A stretch of 35,090 nucleotides of DNA from Chlorokybus atmophyticus (taxonomy: Eukaryota; Plantae; Mesostigma and Chlorokybus algae), in the NCBI GenBank assembly GCA_009103225.1, contig RHPI01003009.1, forward strand, positions 1 to 35,090, written 5' to 3'. A model generated the notes under the pieces. That model worked only from the letters and a program-made list of their open reading frames with translations, was not told where the DNA came from and did no database searches. Both the position numbers and the translations under genes were made by a program. Shown piece by piece: positions 32,160 through 35,090 of this stretch; position 1 is the stretch's first letter; each line of letters begins with the position of its first letter.

Positions 32160-35090
32160 TCAGTCCTTACCGACCTGCGCCTTACCGCCTGAAAAAGCCT
32201 GGCGGTATCTTGTCAAGGCGTCCATGCCTTCAGGGGTATGCAACCACTGCAATGCAGCTTGGAAGTCGGTAGGGGTTGTCGCCTCCAACACGGCCGGCTG
32301 CGCACGACGCGCAGCCATCCGCCTGTCAAGCTGCTCCAGGAAGTCCAGGAATGATGGCATGGTGAGGAACATCGCTTCAAAGATTGAAGTGATGTTGACT
32401 TCACTGATGACTTGGGCCTCTCGCAGAATGCCAGTGTAGTGTGCATCCGCGTTACGGTAGAAGTTGAGGAAGCCATCGAATTCTCCCAACCCTCAAATCC
32501 TCCCTGTCCACCTGGTCTGTTGCGCTGATGCAGATCCCTTAGCTGGATTGAGCGCTGCATCAAGTGACGTTGCCATCCCCCCGCACCCTGTGTAAACTTG
32601 TTGGTCCAGCCAGCAACCAAGGCGGTCGGACCACCCGCCAGCACGTCGTCACGCTCGTAACTTCGCAAGTTGACAAAGAGGTTCGTCACCTCACGCGCCC
32701 ATTCCCGAATGGTGTTGATGAAGTCATGCGCACGGTGATGTTCAAGCTGCTGCTGTTGCTGCCGAAGCTGGTTCTGCAGCTGCGTTTGTTGCTGTTGCGC
32801 TTGCTGAAGCTGTAGCTGCAGGTCCTGGAGGTGTTGCTGCGGTGGCTGCGGGAGCTGTTGTTTGAGCTGGTCTACCTCATCCTGGAGGGCTTCCATCTCC
32901 GACTTCGCTTGATTGTACTTCCCATCTGCGCAGTCGTACTGGTTCTGCAGGCTGTTCAATGCATCTTGCAGGCTGTTCAATGCCTCTTGTTTAGGCCGCT
33001 CATCGAGTGCAGCGTAGAGCTCCACCGATAGCTGTTCCAGCCTGTCAATGTTGCTATGCGCCTCCCCCAACTGTTGCTGCACCTCTCCCAACTGCTTCTC
33101 TGCATTCTCAGCTCGCACTCTCACTTCGTTGACAGCCTCAGTGTTGATCTGCGCGTGCCCCAACTGTTGCTCCAGCTCTCGATTGCGGGCTCGCACCTCT
33201 TCCAACTGCTTCTCTGCTCGTTCAGCTCTCTCTGTCAGTGCGTTGACAGTCTCAGTGTTGATAGCCTCAGGAACAGGTTGTACCGCTTGCTGCTGCAGCT
33301 TGAGTAGCTGTTCCCTTGTACGGTGCAGCTCTTTACCAACATTGGCCGCCGCACTTGAGGTGGACTCCAGCTGCTGCACCCGTTCCAACAGACTGGCGTT
33401 GTGCTGATGGTACTCGTGAAGCACCGCATCGGTGGAGCGCCAACGGTTCTCTGCGTCTGCCGCCATGGTGGTCATCGATGCGTTTGATGCTGCAACCTCC
33501 TGCTGTGCCTGAAGCAACTGCCGGCGCAGACTGTCAACCTCCTCAGCATTGGATTTTGCTGCCAACTCCCTTTGCCGCCGCAGCTCCTCAGCATTGGATA
33601 CCGCCGCCAACTCCCTTTGCTGCAGCTCCTCAGCATGGGATTTTGCTGCGAACTCCCTTTGCTGCAGCTCCTGCAGCTGCTGCCGCAGCAGTTTGTCTTC
33701 ACGGGTGAAGTTATCAGCCAGCAGCCTACGCTGCCGGTGTGACTCCTCCAGATTGTTGAGAGCACGTTCAAGTTGATTCTTGCGTATCTCATTGAAGTTG
33801 CGCATGGACTCCTGCAAGACCGTGTGACTGGTCTGTGCCCGCTCGTTGGCATCCTGCAGCAACAAAACAAGAAGTGAGTCCACACACTAGCCAGCAGAGC
33901 ATTGCCAACATGCATCAAACTTTGTGACAGTCGTCAACGACCATTGAGGACTGTCAAAAGTTTGCGCCCGCATGGGCACAAACTGTTGACAGTCCTCAAT
34001 GGTCGTCGTCAACAGTTTGTGCCCATGCGGGCGCAAACTGTATGCTGCAAGACTTGTTGACAGCCCATGTGTGTATAAACTGTACCTTTACTGCAGATGC
34101 CAAGTTTTGCACGGCTTGCAATGCAGCGTCGAGGTCGGCGGCGTGCACGCTATCGGCTTCTCGGATCTTCACAAGCGCCTCGGGCTCAGCGCCGGGAGTC
34201 AGGTCCCGGGTGACATTTTGCAGAGGTAGAGGCGGCCGGCCCTGTGGCGTACTCGGTGTTGGCGTATTCGCTGGTGGTGTCGGACCTGCGACAACTTTTC
34301 GCAGACGTTCTCTGAACGAAGAGCCTGATAGCTGCAAGGTTGATAGCTGCAAGGTTCCGGTAGGGGTGGACTGACCAGTTGATGGCGTGGTTGATTGTGG
34401 AGTTCCTTCTGTGGCTGCTGGCAGGTCCTGGCGCTGCTTTTTGGACGGTGGTGGAGTCAGAGGAGGGGGACCTGCTGTTCTCGGTAGCTTGGGACTGTCA
34501 ACACGTGGAGGGTCTGGGGCTTGCGTACTGGTGCCAGCTGGCATACTAGTACCAGGGGGAGGTGCCGGTGGGCCATGGGGATTGTGAGGGGGAGGGGACG
34601 GTGGGCCATGGGGGTTGTGAGTGGGACTGTGAGGGGGACTGTCCTTTGGCCTGTCAGACCGCATGGGCCTTGGACCAGTGGTGGGTGGACGCATGTTGGC
34701 GCGCTCGAGCCAAGTCCACAGGGGATGCGAATCAATCTCTATATCACTCATGGGGTTCACAGGTTCAGGCCTGGCAGGCACCGCCTGAGCCGCAGTGGAA
34801 GGCTCCGTCATGGCTTCCAATGCACGTGCTGCATCAGCCTCCTTGTCCTGCTCCTCCTTCTTCTCCTCGTGCTCGATCTGCTCGTTGACGATGACACGCA
34901 GCGCGTCTTGCATCTCCTCGGAGAGGAGCTTCTTCCAGCCTTTTTGAAGAATAGCTGTTATCTTCTTCTCCCAATGCTTTTCCCTTTCCTCCTGCTGCAG
35001 TTCAAGCGATACAGCCTGCCGGGTAAGAGCTTTCTCTCTGGCAGCCAGGCCAAGTGTCTGAGCTTGGTGCGCCTCGACTGTCTTGGTGTA
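32160..35090 (-). CDS. Unknown large Pro-rich/coiled-coil protein convergent with the transposase, 5' end outside the window; exons >35090-34086 and 33853-about 32590, with the C-terminus in frame 32489-32160 via a weak intron or a frameshift
   Basis: The frame is open from the window edge. Phase-0 intron AAG|GTACAG...CTGCAG|GAT joins AVK to DANER. Long Q/E/L heptad-like segments with internal peptide repeats. Confidence 0.7.
33937..34039. repeat. Interleaved inverted repeats A-B-A'-B' inside the intron of the coiled-coil gene
   Basis: A 33937-33957 pairs with 33986-34006 (21 bp); B 33959-33990 pairs with 34008-34039 (32 bp). Confidence 0.9.

Larger units (their letters stand above)
26978..35090 (+). 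mobile_element. CMC (EnSpm/CACTA-like) DNA transposon; right end lies outside the window
   Basis: The putative end starts CAC (cacacggattg), followed by a subterminal palindrome array and a spliced DDE transposase with CMC-type motifs. TIR and TSD cannot be verified. Inclusion of the second gene is inferred from shared motif enrichment. Confidence 0.75.

Noticed and set aside
32213-32490. The in-frame tail of ORF 32213..33883 as the true C-terminus
   Set aside because: It reads as off-frame sequence (Ser/Trp/Cys-rich), whereas frame 32489..32160 is protein-like. Unresolved without RNA data.
1-35090. tRNA, rRNA, telomeric arrays, or a primer-binding site for the gypsy element
   Set aside because: No cloverleaf, rRNA-conserved blocks, TTTAGGG arrays or TGGTATCAGAGC-type PBS were seen by eye; a tRNAscan/Infernal run would be needed to exclude them.

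Overview
Eukaryotic nuclear DNA from the green-plant lineage, probably a green alga. This rests on a PLATZ gene, a ROCK1-like transporter and short introns full of CA/TG-type alternating repeats. The window has three zones. (1) 1-8.3 kb is transposon debris: a decayed Ty3/gypsy chromovirus pol, a decayed copy of one TSPO exon, a nested foldback inverted repeat, and weaker Mutator-like and non-LTR remnants. (2) 8.6-24.6 kb holds five spliced host genes whose exon phases I checked by hand: TSPO (-), a Zn-finger metallo-beta-lactamase-fold protein (+), a ROCK1-like nucleotide-sugar transporter (-), an ADP-ribosylglycohydrolase (+) and a PLATZ factor (-). An AT-rich decayed ORF lies at 14.2-16.1 kb. 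(3) About 27.0 kb to the window end is a CMC/EnSpm(CACTA)-type DNA transposon with an array of GGACCA-N4-TGGTCC palindromes, a defective spliced transposase, a convergent unknown coiled-coil gene and strong TGACAG enrichment. The most unusual observations are 4 of 19 host introns apparently starting with GC, the transporter and ARH start codons apparently sharing one CATG, and the motif-saturated two-gene transposon. All family assignments come from motif recall, not database searches. No rRNA, tRNA or CRISPR was found.
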